Part shown: positions 50,101 through 60,500 of the stretch, one piece after another | How the letters are laid out: every line of letters starts with the position of its first letter | Numbering within the stretch: position 1 is the first letter of the stretch | Source of the DNA: a virus | Lineage: Duplodnaviria; Caudoviricetes | Length of the DNA stretch: 64,000 nucleotides | Direction: 5' to 3' (one strand) | Virus record (IMG/VR): IMGVR_UViG_3300032327_000953 | Coordinates: 1-64,000 of that record | Made by a program: the position numbers and the translations under genes | Notes under the pieces: model-generated | Told to the model about the DNA's origin: nothing | Database searches by the model: none | Seen by the model: the letters and a program-made list of their open reading frames with translations, nothing else

Positions 50101-53100
50101 AACAGATCTTCTATGCTCATCCAAAGTCATAACTGCATACTTATCAACACTCATAAATTGATCAAATAGTAATCCGCTTCTGCTAATATTACAGCCAGAT
50201 GGTTCGTAAGTCATGGTATTCAACTGCCATGATTGATTTTGAACTATCGCAGTTGTGCTAATTGGTTGTACTTTACCATTAGTAGCTGGAGTTCCACTAT
50301 AATAGACTAATGTTCCTGGATATCCACTAACATCAATTTTAATACCAGCAACCCATTCGGCATTACCTTCACCATCTGTTGCAGATAAGAAGTATCCTGG
50401 GGCGGCTCCGCTATGTAGCACTAAACGATCAGTATCCAATATATCAGTCATTATACCAGAAGATTTGATATTACCATTAACATCTAATGCATGTTGTGGG
50501 TAATTATTATTAATACCAACATAACCATTTCCACTAGACAAAACAGAAAATACTGATGGTTTATATATGCTATCATTTAATACATTGAAAGAATTTTCAA
50601 TAGCATCTGAATTGATAATAACACCACGTACATAAACGCCGGTACCAACAAGCTCCCCTGGAACAGAATATGTTGTTGGGGGATTGGTATTTGGATTAAT
50701 AACAGTAGTTCTTACTCCGTCTTTTTTGCCTCCAAGATCAAAAACCTTAATAGCATTAGTATCAAAACCAAGTTTAATAGAATTTGGATCAGTATTTTTA
50801 AGATCAAAACCCAATGCCCCTTGGAATAATGATTCTGAAGATGGAAAGGCTGGCTTAATATCCTTGGCTGTTCCATTAGCATTAAGAGTATATGTAAGTG
50901 GTTTATAAATTTGATTATTCTGTCCAACTATTAGACCAGAAGCTGATGATACATCGCTAAGTTTGTGCCAGTCTATGCCGATTTGATTGTTTGATCCAGC
51001 AATTGTCGCATATGTTGATCCTATAACTGTATTACCACTACCATTAACGTTTGTAGATCCATCATTATAGTGGGCAATGCTGAATGTGAGGGTGCTAGGA
51101 ATCTGGTTAGGATAGTATTCTTCTATAAATGTAGAAATAGATACTCTATTAGCTAATACTTGAGGTGTTCCAGGATAATAGGCATCAAAGAATATTGCCT
51201 TAAAGCCATTAACAATCTCTGGGGCTTTAGATATAGCGCCAATATATGTTGGAATTGGTATACCATTATCATAAATTTGAACAATAGCTTTATCGGTAAT
51301 AGCATACTGCCAAGAAACATCATTATTCAATAACAAGCATTGGTATGTTGTACTATATGTTCCGCTTCCTATGATGGTATGATTAATTCCAGTGAAATCA
51401 TATCTACCTCTATCATCATAGACCAGAGGAATAGATAGTCTTTGACCCTTAGCAATGATAGTATTATCTTTACCAAAAATTTGAGAATGACTATTAACCG
51501 AAAGATTATCTGTACCAACTACCTGAGTATCTCCATTTATAGCATTATTACTACCTACTACAATATTTCCACTAGCAGATACTGTATTGTCACTGCCAAT
51601 AATGGTCGATTCGGTTAGTCCACCTTTGTTGTTGAAGCCGATATGAATATGATCCATTAAGCCACTAGCGGCATAGTTATTAGTTAACAGTATGTTTCTA
51701 TCGCCAGAAATATTATTGTCGGATCCTAGGATAGTATTATCATAACCATTGACCGATACACCATGACCAACTATTAATCCAGATGATCCAACTACAGTAT
51801 TTTCATTACCTACATTGATAACTGGTCTAGAATATTTAGCAATTAATTCATCTTGTTTAGTTACTGAGAGAATATTAATGCTTGTGGCAACTCCGGTAAA
51901 AGCCACTCTTGGTTCTATTACCAGATTTGTTAGCACAGCATAAGACGATTGAACAACCCCAGACCCAACAATACCATTATTAACAGAATATAAGAGCTTA
52001 TCGTCAACTCTAAAATTGCCGATTAAACCAGAACTACCAGCACTAGTAAATTTAGTGCCGTTATCTGTTACTGCGAATAATATTGATGTTGAAGGTATAT
52101 TATATACATTTTTAATAGTATTATTTGTACCGATCAATAAACTATTATTAATACCAGAACTTACGACATTATTCTGCCCAACAAAAGTAGAATACTTATA
52201 GTTGTTATTATCGAAAGTGTTATTAAGTCCATATATTGTTGATTCTGTGAATATTCCAGATAGTTTAGCATTGGCACCAACTAACAAGTTATCTTGTCCA
52301 GTAAGCTGATTGTTGTAGCCTAGAACAACATTATCAGAACCACTAACTCTAATATTAGAGCCGACACCTAGAATATTATTACCTGTTGCTGAAATACTGG
52401 TACCAACTATTGTTCCAGAAGAACCTATGAATAGTCCAGAATTTCCAATAGTTACACTATTTGTACCACTACTTCTTATGTTATTACCCATAGCTAGCAT
52501 ATTGTTTCCGCTAGCAACGATATTTGATCCAACAGAAATACTATTTAAAAGATTGATAGTATTATTAGAGCCAATAAGAGTTGATAATGATGAGATACCA
52601 ATATTATTATTGCCTACTGATAAACCACTAACTACTGTTAACGAGTTATTATTACCCAAGATTACGCTATTAATGGTGCCAGAGCCTATGGTATTCAACG
52701 AACCATTAAGCATTAAAGCATTTATTCCGCTACCAGTATTACGATTACCAAATAAGATAAGTCCACTGGCATCAAAAGTATTTACATTACCAACAATAGT
52801 AGAATAATCAGAAGTACTATGTGTATTAATAATATCAGAGATTTTCTGAGTTTTGATATTATTGAGATTTCCAAATACTGATAAATTATTACCACTAGCA
52901 GAAATATCACTACCAATAACGATTATATTATTACCAGATAGTTTGCTGTCGCTACCGATAACAAAGTTTGATGTTCCATAATATCCAACAGCAACAGTTT
53001 CATCGATAGCTGTCCACTGACCAATATTCGCAATATAATATCCATTTAATACATTGTTATTAGTAACCTGTACGATATCTCCAGATTGTAGATCGTCTAA

Positions 53101-54573
53101 ATCATTCCATTCTAATCCAGATAGAGTACTAATATTGGCTTCTGAAAGATTATATTTTGCGCTATTTTTAATAAAGTCTATACTATTATTGGAACCCAAC
53201 ATATATACATCATTAACATGATCTAATGTGTTGTTATCTCCAACAATCTTACTATTTGTTGTTTTATGAGTTGTATTATCCTTACCAAAAACACCAACTT
53301 GTGAAGATGATGAGAGATCATTATTGCCAACTTCTAAATTAGCAAGATCAAGCTTCATCACATTATATGGAGATCCAGATACATCAACATTAACTAGAAA
53401 CTGACCACTAGAATGTCCTTTATTTGGATTTAGTATTTTTGATTGTATTTGAGCATAGTTTATAACATTTCTATTGCTATTTCTAGCAGACATATTAAAA
53501 CTACCACCAATGCTACCAACTGCTGGAACAACATCAGGATTATTAAATAGAGTTAATGCAACACCAGCTGATCCGCATGTTCCCTCAAATACGGCACATC
53601 TACCAACCATATGAAAGTTTGGTGAAGATTCATATAAAGGTAAACTTGGAGTATTGATAGCAACTTTACCATCTTTTGTTACAGCAAAGAAGTTTCCACT
53701 ATTTAATTTTACACTTATTGGATATATACCAGAACTTTTAATTTGTGATGAGCTTAATACAACATCAGCATTAAGAATATTATTATTTTCTCCAAAATAT
53801 AAAGTCTTACTAGTATTATCCCAGAATGCTTTGCCACCAGAAGCTACGCTATTTTTGTTAAATTGTAAGGAATTATTTGTGCCGCCAACTACTGATCCAG
53901 CACTTTCTCCAGCCAATGCTTCTGTTGAGAATAGCTTATACCATAATCCACCAGATGTTGCAGCTAGCTCAAGGTAATTTCCAACTCCACTTAATGAGAT
54001 ACTAGAGACCGAGGCGCCACCATTAACTACAATATTATTACTTCCAGAAGCATTGATATTTAGAATATCTGAGCCATTGGTCTTGGATGAAACTAAAAAT
54101 CCATACTTAACATTTTCTGTATAAATATTTGCTGGGGGTAGACTAACATTAATACTACCACTAAGAGCAACAACATAGTCTGATGTTTGTAGTTCTGGGA
54201 CAAATGAAGAATTTTTGGTGATTAGCTCATTAGCTGAAACTCTATGGTTGGCAGACGCATCATTAAATACTGTGACTTCTCCATAGGTGCCGCCAACTAG
54301 TGTTCCATATTTAGCTAGTATCCTTTGAACATATAATTTACGATATCCAAAATTATCAACATCATATGTGGCTATAACTACAACATATGCATTTTGTGTT
54401 GTTTGTTGAATTTTAACATAAAGTACATCCCCAACACCAACATTATTAGTAAATGGTCGATATCCATTTAGCAGTAGGCCTGTGTCTATGAATTGTACTA
54501 TTGTTGGATTGGACGATCCATCAAGAGTTAGTGTTCCTAGTTCTCCAATCAGATCATAAAATTTGATAGACAT
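47176..54573 (-). CDS. Long tail fibre (2,465 aa) with an extended YadA-like beta-roll region
   Basis: N-terminal fibre-anchor motif (KFYDLIGE...GYRPF...GD..YV.I...ATY); gp9/gp10-like small domain; ~14-residue G.NN repeats at about 51480-53330; GYVGINNNYPQHALDVNG fibre repeat. Confidence 0.8.
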   Translation of the reverse strand: MSIKFYDLIGELGTLTLDGSSNPTIVQFIDTGLLLNGYRPFTNNVGVGDVLYVKIQQTTQNAYVVVIATYDVDNFGYRKLYVQRILAKYGTLVGGTYGEVTVFNDASANHRVSANELITKNSSFVPELQTSDYVVALSGSINVSLPPANIYTENVKYGFLVSSKTNGSDILNINASGSNNIVVNGGASVSSISLSGVGNYLELAATSGGLWYKLFSTEALAGESAGSVVGGTNNSLQFNKNSVASGGKAFWDNTSKTLYFGENNNILNADVVLSSSQIKSSGIYPISVKLNSGNFFAVTKDGKVAINTPSLPLYESSPNFHMVGRCAVFEGTCGSAGVALTLFNNPDVVPAVGSIGGSFNMSARNSNRNVINYAQIQSKILNPNKGHSSGQFLVNVDVSGSPYNVMKLDLANLEVGNNDLSSSSQVGVFGKDNTTHKTTNSKIVGDNNTLDHVNDVYMLGSNNSIDFIKNSAKYNLSEANISTLSGLEWNDLDDLQSGDIVQVTNNNVLNGYYIANIGQWTAIDETVAVGYYGTSNFVIGSDSKLSGNNIIVIGSDISASGNNLSVFGNLNNIKTQKISDIINTHSTSDYSTIVGNVNTFDASGLILFGNRNTGSGINALMLNGSLNTIGSGTINSVILGNNNSLTVVSGLSVGNNNIGISSLSTLIGSNNTINLLNSISVGSNIVASGNNMLAMGNNIRSSGTNSVTIGNSGLFIGSSGTIVGTSISATGNNILGVGSNIRVSGSDNVVLGYNNQLTGQDNLLVGANAKLSGIFTESTIYGLNNTFDNNNYKYSTFVGQNNVVSSGINNSLLIGTNNTIKNVYNIPSTSILFAVTDNGTKFTSAGSSGLIGNFRVDDKLLYSVNNGIVGSGVVQSSYAVLTNLVIEPRVAFTGVATSINILSVTKQDELIAKYSRPVINVGNENTVVGSSGLIVGHGVSVNGYDNTILGSDNNISGDRNILLTNNYAASGLMDHIHIGFNNKGGLTESTIIGSDNTVSASGNIVVGSNNAINGDTQVVGTDNLSVNSHSQIFGKDNTIIAKGQRLSIPLVYDDRGRYDFTGINHTIIGSGTYSTTYQCLLLNNDVSWQYAITDKAIVQIYDNGIPIPTYIGAISKAPEIVNGFKAIFFDAYYPGTPQVLANRVSISTFIEEYYPNQIPSTLTFSIAHYNDGSTNVNGSGNTVIGSTYATIAGSNNQIGIDWHKLSDVSSASGLIVGQNNQIYKPLTYTLNANGTAKDIKPAFPSSESLFQGALGFDLKNTDPNSIKLGFDTNAIKVFDLGGKKDGVRTTVINPNTNPPTTYSVPGELVGTGVYVRGVIINSDAIENSFNVLNDSIYKPSVFSVLSSGNGYVGINNNYPQHALDVNGNIKSSGIMTDILDTDRLVLHSGAAPGYFLSATDGEGNAEWVAGIKIDVSGYPGTLVYYSGTPATNGKVQPISTTAIVQNQSWQLNTMTYEPSGCNISRSGLLFDQFMSVDKYAVMTLDEHRRSVGGYPIEDVEKLLAVNPGRIDYIQKLVDLAKAKQKTDTSHFIPRQYNALYFIPESAAYITPSDTIAGSNSEFKRHLEKAGQAQQSIFSIGRRKLDYSQPVDLDKGEDVDPANQLFPGGLSSPQIILSTIPKKDFAGKNSYVVPKYKYNYDELVSPHLAPFTNPTTNDFNIIRPMVGGTYEGKQYQSWWFYDQTASSTSPGSNPLEGKYSTIQRAVPTAFNLGRDEIDFVIYGTGSKYPHDTVSKFLFGNVSQYASWKQAGLGREDASFPFLTTVPAFYFNSSINSFMIHTDRPSWLPAKVPANVCEPCDPVQSGLNFADLTVRGWIASSGLRIGQGFRRALTTNADGQLIEAVDAKGQPIFETTQGMVLMSDSYGLATWTPLGGSVSSNNTLTTTGNAGVQNVQLTEGPLDPISIVSNTAVEGLDSDSARLYRDNINITNENVTSNPVLRLRGVTRNSLLFAKNPLPNRETDFINNFNESSLPLNANEMNIDGTENLFYYGYTNALAGLLDFNNESQTTEVVIDGDATRRFNIGDIVRIYYKYMSEVNGQLSEVGFIERARVVGLNTTYLSQAINNRSNRTTVVLDKTLSKVADATYLLDSSSALRKVAIISESIGGYLTFNFPGTTPDTVISNRENIETAFNANGKNINFAVYGSTKQNSVPSLIVAENKTNTVQINSKIPFIYGFGEKTITNVTPELEKNINSELYYDYNLYSDYLIGTYAESDNKITGITTDIKVGDIVEIIYDTYQDTKAIVKSVAAGSINISFKDINLGMIENKIGNIARNTTGGIVNSQVKYRIVKRQLVKTTKVVDDIVVVGAKDSLPQYAQLSVRGLTYTDGLMIGSKDNSGRTIIEDQSLLFSYKGLVSGSHLKYLDYQAPDQKGPTKQLVFNYSALSPLLVTSIREYREKPDQPISETNPKQYAPVFANFSMVGNIKITSLYVDELKNFRTIDGGVVKFRGQCNNQTNVCEEGTN
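51480..53330 (-). repeat. YadA/Hep-Hag-like ~14-aa repeats
   Basis: Repeated (I/V)G.NN...G...(I/V)G units, interrupted by two small inserted domains. Confidence 0.8.
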
Positions 54574-54586
54574 ACTTGATTACTCT

Positions 54587-57500
54587 CTATTTAGACCTTC
54601 TAGGTGTTGATATGCCGCCTTCATTATCCTTAGACAATTGACCAAATGCTTTATCTATTTCATCTAAAATCATAGTTTGCATTCTTTCTTCCATAGTACT
54701 AAATACAGCAGCACCATTAAGATGTACATTAACGTCATGTTGTCCAGTTATGCTAATAACAGGGGGCACATTAAGTTTTAATAGACTTTCTGTAAATTGG
54801 TCAAATTTAGTAGCAAAGTCACCCAAAGCGGTTAATGCGGCCTCATCAAGCTTGATATTTCCAATATTGAGTTGTGATAGTGCTTCTCCAAAAGCTTGTA
54901 CGCTAGTATCAAACTGTTTAATAGCGGCCAAAGTAGCACTATCAAATCCCATGCTATATGAATTAGATACACCACTAGCTGCGCCAACCTCAGCTCCACG
55001 ACTAAAATATCTGGGAGCTATAACTCCACCACGACTAGCATATGATGCTGCTGGTGTTCCTCCTCCTTGAACGGCTGCTGCTATTGCTCCTTGACTAGCA
55101 TTACCACTATTAATAGCTTCTAAAATTGGTAAGTATTTACCAGTAGATTCTCTATTGATCACATATTCACCAGGAGTTAGCATAGCAGGAACAGTATCTG
55201 TGCCTTTTGGAGTCCAATTTACTGGGGCCTTTCCTCCTGCCGCCCTATAAATTAATCCACCCTTTGCTCTGGTTACTGGTTCTTGTTCTCCGGCAACCTT
55301 CTTTACTTCTGATTCACTTGCTGACTGAGGCATTCCTACTTCTTGAGTACCAGCATTAGCTACTGCTTGATCTACTACAGAACCTGATGTTCCTGCTGCT
55401 TGTGTTTCTGGTTTTGGTTGAGAAGCATCTCTTTCCATTGCTGTTATAGTATTATTGGTCCCATGTTTTCTATTTTTCATATAATAAAAACCATATTTGG
55501 TACCTTGAGCTGATGGCATTTGTGCTTCATCATAAATCCTTTCAATAGGATCAAAAGGCACTGTTGTATCACTAGCAGCTTCTCCACTAAGTCCACCAGA
55601 AAACATCTCCCAACCTTTTTTGGCTGTGGGATATAAAGCTTTCATTTCTTGCCAATATTCTTGACCTTCTTTAGTAAAGACTCTTGGTAATGCTCCTGGC
55701 GCAAAATTATCACTGTAAAATTTATTAATTAATCCAACTACACCCTCTGCTTTATCTCTTTCCTTATAATCTCCAGAATTTAATCCAGGTATATTAGCTG
55801 TAGCAGTTGCTAAAAGTTCTTTGACTTTTGTCATAAATTCATCAGGATTATACAGGGCTCCTGCTAATGACTCTGCGCTAATCTCTGGTACTGGCATTCC
55901 AGCTGCTTGTATGGTACTTTTAACACCGCCGATCAATGATGGTAAAACTGCCTCTGGAAATAAGGTTTCTCCTTCTAAACCAACTGGTCTCATTAATAAT
56001 TCATCTCGTGCAGTTAAGAAGGCTTTTAATGAGGTAAGTTGATCTGAATATTCGGACCATAATGTTGACCATTCTTCAGTTCCTGGATCTCCGCTTTTTG
56101 CCCATTTTGTAGCATATCTGTCGCCAAGTTGTAATAATGTTCCTCCAAGAACTTCTCTATAATCTGGTTCGTAGACCGTTTCAAGGTTCATGAATTGATC
56201 TCTAACAGCATCAATATCTGTTGGGAGAGCAATATCAACTAGTTGATTACCGCTAGGACCACCAATACCTTTCATGACTGATGTTGTTCCACTCTTATCA
56301 GTAGAGATAGCTTTTTCACCACCCATAAATTGTTTGTATGTAGCAGCTATAGCTGTCGCTTGGTCCTGATTTAATTTAGCATCACCATTACCGCTAATTA
56401 ATTGATTAAATCTTTGAGCTCCTCTTTGTTGAGCAGCAAAGCCTAGAATGAAGTCTGCAAAATCGTCTTGTTTAATTATCTCTGGGATATTCCAGAATTT
56501 TCTTTTAGCTTCTGTTTGTTTACCTCTAGCGGTTCCATCTTTTTTCTTTACTGTAGCCAATGCAACATTTTCTGTAGTAGTCCATTTATCTAGTTCACTA
56601 CCATACTTACTATAGAGTCTTTCGCTAGCTTTGCTAGATATGGCGGCAGCTCCTTCTTCTCCTGCTGATATCTGACCCAAAAATCTTCCGGCACTCATAT
56701 ACTTGCCAAAAGCAGTCTCAGTAGTCATATTTTGAACTTCTGCTAATTTTTCTTTACTTTGACCTTGTGCTTTTTGAGTTACTGATAATACCTTACTTTT
56801 AATCCATGAGATATAATCTATGGCATCTAATAAATCTGTTTGATTCTTAATTTCTTCCGGTGGACTCATTCCATCTTCTGATGCTGCTTTCATCCAATCT
56901 GAAGATGTTTTTAAACCACTGATCATTGGGATATCAACTTTTTTGACATTCTGCCATACAGTATTACCAAGAGAAGGAATATGTTCTGGTTTGATAAGAA
57001 TCTGAGATGCTTCTTGCTGCATCTTCTTTCTTTTTTCGTCTTTGCTCATGGATGTATCTTGAATAGCAGCTAACTGCATAGCTTCAGAAATTAATGGTAA
57101 TTTGCTAATAATCAAATCTCTAGCATCACTATATGGAATATTTTCTCCTAATTTATAGTCATCGCTATAAAATAATGTATTAGCAGTCTTTAATAATGAC
57201 GCAGCTCCAGACTGTTCTTGAGCATCAGTCTTAACTCCCTCTCTACGACTAGTTCTAGCAGATCTTATGTCACTAGATGCTTTGAATGCTTTTTCTGCAA
57301 CTATTGGATTATACATAGTGGCTAGCTTTATTCCAGCCAAAGAAAAATCTGGAATATCAAAATTACTTACTGCCCATTTTTGCACAGCAGTATCCAGTGA
57401 TTCTTCATTGCTAAAGTATGGTAGTTCGCTATCTGCACTCTGATTTAAAGTTTGGAATGGACTCACTGCTTGAGTACCACGATCTACAGTTCTACCTCTA

Positions 57501-60500
57501 ATAAATAGACCCTTTGTAGCAACATCAGCCCCATCTGTTAAAAATGATTTCTTAGCTTTTGGATCATATTCTGTATCTTCAGGATTTAATAGTGGTATAG
57601 ATTCAAATTTCTGAAAATCAAAAAATACAGGAAGTTTTCTCTTGGATGATGGTAAATCAATCATTTTATTATAAGAAGTTTGGGGAGATATATTTAATCC
57701 AATCTTCTCTTGCATGATTTGTTCTTGAGCTTTTTCCATTTGTGCTTCTGCAACTGCCCCAATTAATCCAGTATCTGTTGTCCATGGAAGAGGTTCAAAT
57801 TTAGTGCTATCCGTACCTTGGAAAACTTTGAATCCTGTACTATTACCACCATCCCATATTTTTCCCTCTGCGGCTGCTTTTTTATTGGTTTCGCTAGAAA
57901 TAATTGATGCCCATCTGCTTCTAACAGCTTTCGTATAAACTGTAAGCATATCATTGGTTTCGCCAGATGATTCTTTTGGTTTTGCATCACCAACTGGTTT
58001 ATCTGTTGTAGAATAACCCCATTTAAATAAATCTTTTTTGTCATCAGCTAATTCTGATTTATTGAAAGAATATTTGAATTTAGTACCTTCAGCTAATGCA
58101 GTTAATATTGCGTTTGTCTTACTTAGTTTTTGTGCTGCTGGGGGTTTAGTTGTCCAGAATTTAGGATCATAACCACCAGCTTTATCCGTTGTGGTCAATG
58201 GTTTAGTTTCTGATAAGTCGTCGTAATAATCTCTAAATATCTTTTGTAAAACTGAGAAATCTTCAATATTTCCTTGGCCTGCTAGTGCTGCAGTATTGGA
58301 GAAGTCCAGCCCCTTTGCTTTATAAAAAGAGTTAGCTGCTTCTGATTTTTCATCTGAACCTAGTGTTGGATATCCACCTGGAGTAAATTGTAGTAGATTA
58401 TCTACTGAACTTAATTTTGGAAAATCTTCAATATTAAGATCACCAGCTGATTTAACAGAGCTGGCAAACATAAACTTTTGCCCATTCTCTTTAGATTCTG
58501 GACCAAAGCCATATTGTGAATATGCTGTGCCTCCAATAGTTACTTTTGCTTTTGGTGCTGTCTTAACTTTTTCCCATTTTGCCGCTTTGTCTAGAGCATT
58601 CATCCATGGAGTAATAGCATTAAATTGATCTTTAGCTTCATCTAATGTTAATGTATCTGCTCCTGTATTTATTGTATTTCCTAAAATAGTCTCATTTATC
58701 AACTTTGAAGGATACTTGAAATCAGACATTACCATAGACTCTTTAAGTTTATCCATAACAGTATTTGCGGCATTAGGAACTGCTCCGGTAGCAATAGCAT
58801 TACCGACTCCTCCAATAGCACCAATAGTACCTCCACCAACTGTTCCGGCAGCTGCTCCGGCAACCGTATTCCCGAATTTTCTTGCAACAATTTGCTGTCC
58901 AGTAGCACCCCAACCAATTTTTGATAATATTGATTCTGGAATTAAATATTTGATTAAGTCTACTGTTGGTCCTCTAACTTTATCGCTAATCCAATCGAAT
59001 AGCCTTTTACCTCCAGGAAATCTTTCAAATATTCCTGGAATAAAAGAACCCAACTTAGCAACCACTGATTTGGGCATAAATCTAGTCATCCATTTCAATG
59101 CACCAGCAACACCCTTACCGATAAAGCCTGCTCCTGGAATAGGAAGTAAATTAGTAATAGCTCCTAAACCTTCTAGTGCTCCTCCAATAAAATCTCTATC
59201 AACAAATATTTTCTTGACTGCATCGATACCAGAAACAACAGCACCTAAACCAGGAACAAATTTCATAGCTTCCCATATGTATCCAGCAGCATTAGCAGCT
59301 ATACCATCTTGTGCAAAACCCATGCTTGTCATGGCCGAATGAGCACTAGAGGTTGATCCGGTAAAATTACTAGCAACAGCTCCTGCCAATGCATCAGAAT
59401 TTCCTGTAGCAGATGCTCCAAGAGCGGCACCTTTAATAGCTCCTTTACCAGCACTATCAAGAGCATTAGATGCTACATTACGAGATAAAGTAAAATCGGG
59501 CAATACTCCAAAAATAGGTTCGTTGATTTGACCAGTAATTTTATCTAATAATGGATTACCCATTGAACTATATAGTTTATCAGAAGTTCCATTAAATGTT
59601 GGTATGGAGTATGGTTTAATAAACTGTATAAATCCTTCATCTGATTTTAACTTTTCCAAATTTGCTTTAACATCATTCTCTTTACCTCCAGGACCAAAAG
59701 TAGCATAATCATTAAATTTAGTATATAGCGTATTCTTAGCTGGGTCAGCATCTGCAAATCTTCCTTGATCTGGAGGCTTTAGCATGTCTGATACCCATCC
59801 ACCCTCAGAATAATATTTAACACTACCACCCTTAGAATATCCATTATTTATAGCATGTAATAGGGGACCATTAGCTGAGGCGGCACTCTTGTTAACAACA
59901 AATTCACCGGGCGTTAACATTGCCGGAACAGTATCTGAGCCTTTAGGTTTGAAAATTGAACCTCCAACTGCTCTATATTCTACAACTCCTCCTGTTGCCA
60001 TTCCTGGAATATCTGGGGTTTCTCTGGCACCACTAGATACTGTTGTAACCTTAGTGACTCCAGACTGTAAGTGGTTATTAAGTTTATTGATTCCTGCTGC
60101 TGTATCTTTAGCATTAGCATTAGCATTAGCTTGTTGTACTCCACTTAAAGAATTAGAAAAAGCAGTTTGTGCTTGTGTTCCAATTTGTTGTGCTAAAGTA
60201 CCATCAAGCATTGCTAGATAGTGATTAGCTTGAACCTGTAAAGCATTTGCTTCTTTGTATTGTTGTATAGCTTCTGCCATCTGAGGATCTTGTTCTGGAT
60301 TTCTCAAACCTTCCAAAACTTGATTAAACATGGGGCTCATTTCAACCCCAGATTCGGTCATCATTGATTCTAGCATATTGGCTTTGAGCTGATTTTGATT
60401 GTCTCCAAGATATGGCGCAAGCATCTTGAATGCTTCCATTGTGTCTCCGCGATCTTGAGCGGCAGCTTGATCAGCAGCTTCTTGAGCATCCTGCATACTT

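Noticed and set aside
18050-54589. Stop-codon reassignment (three structural genes end in TAG)
   Set aside because: ORFs of 2,000-3,000 aa are intact in code 11. Each TAG is followed closely by the next gene's start in a different frame, and read-through soon hits another stop.
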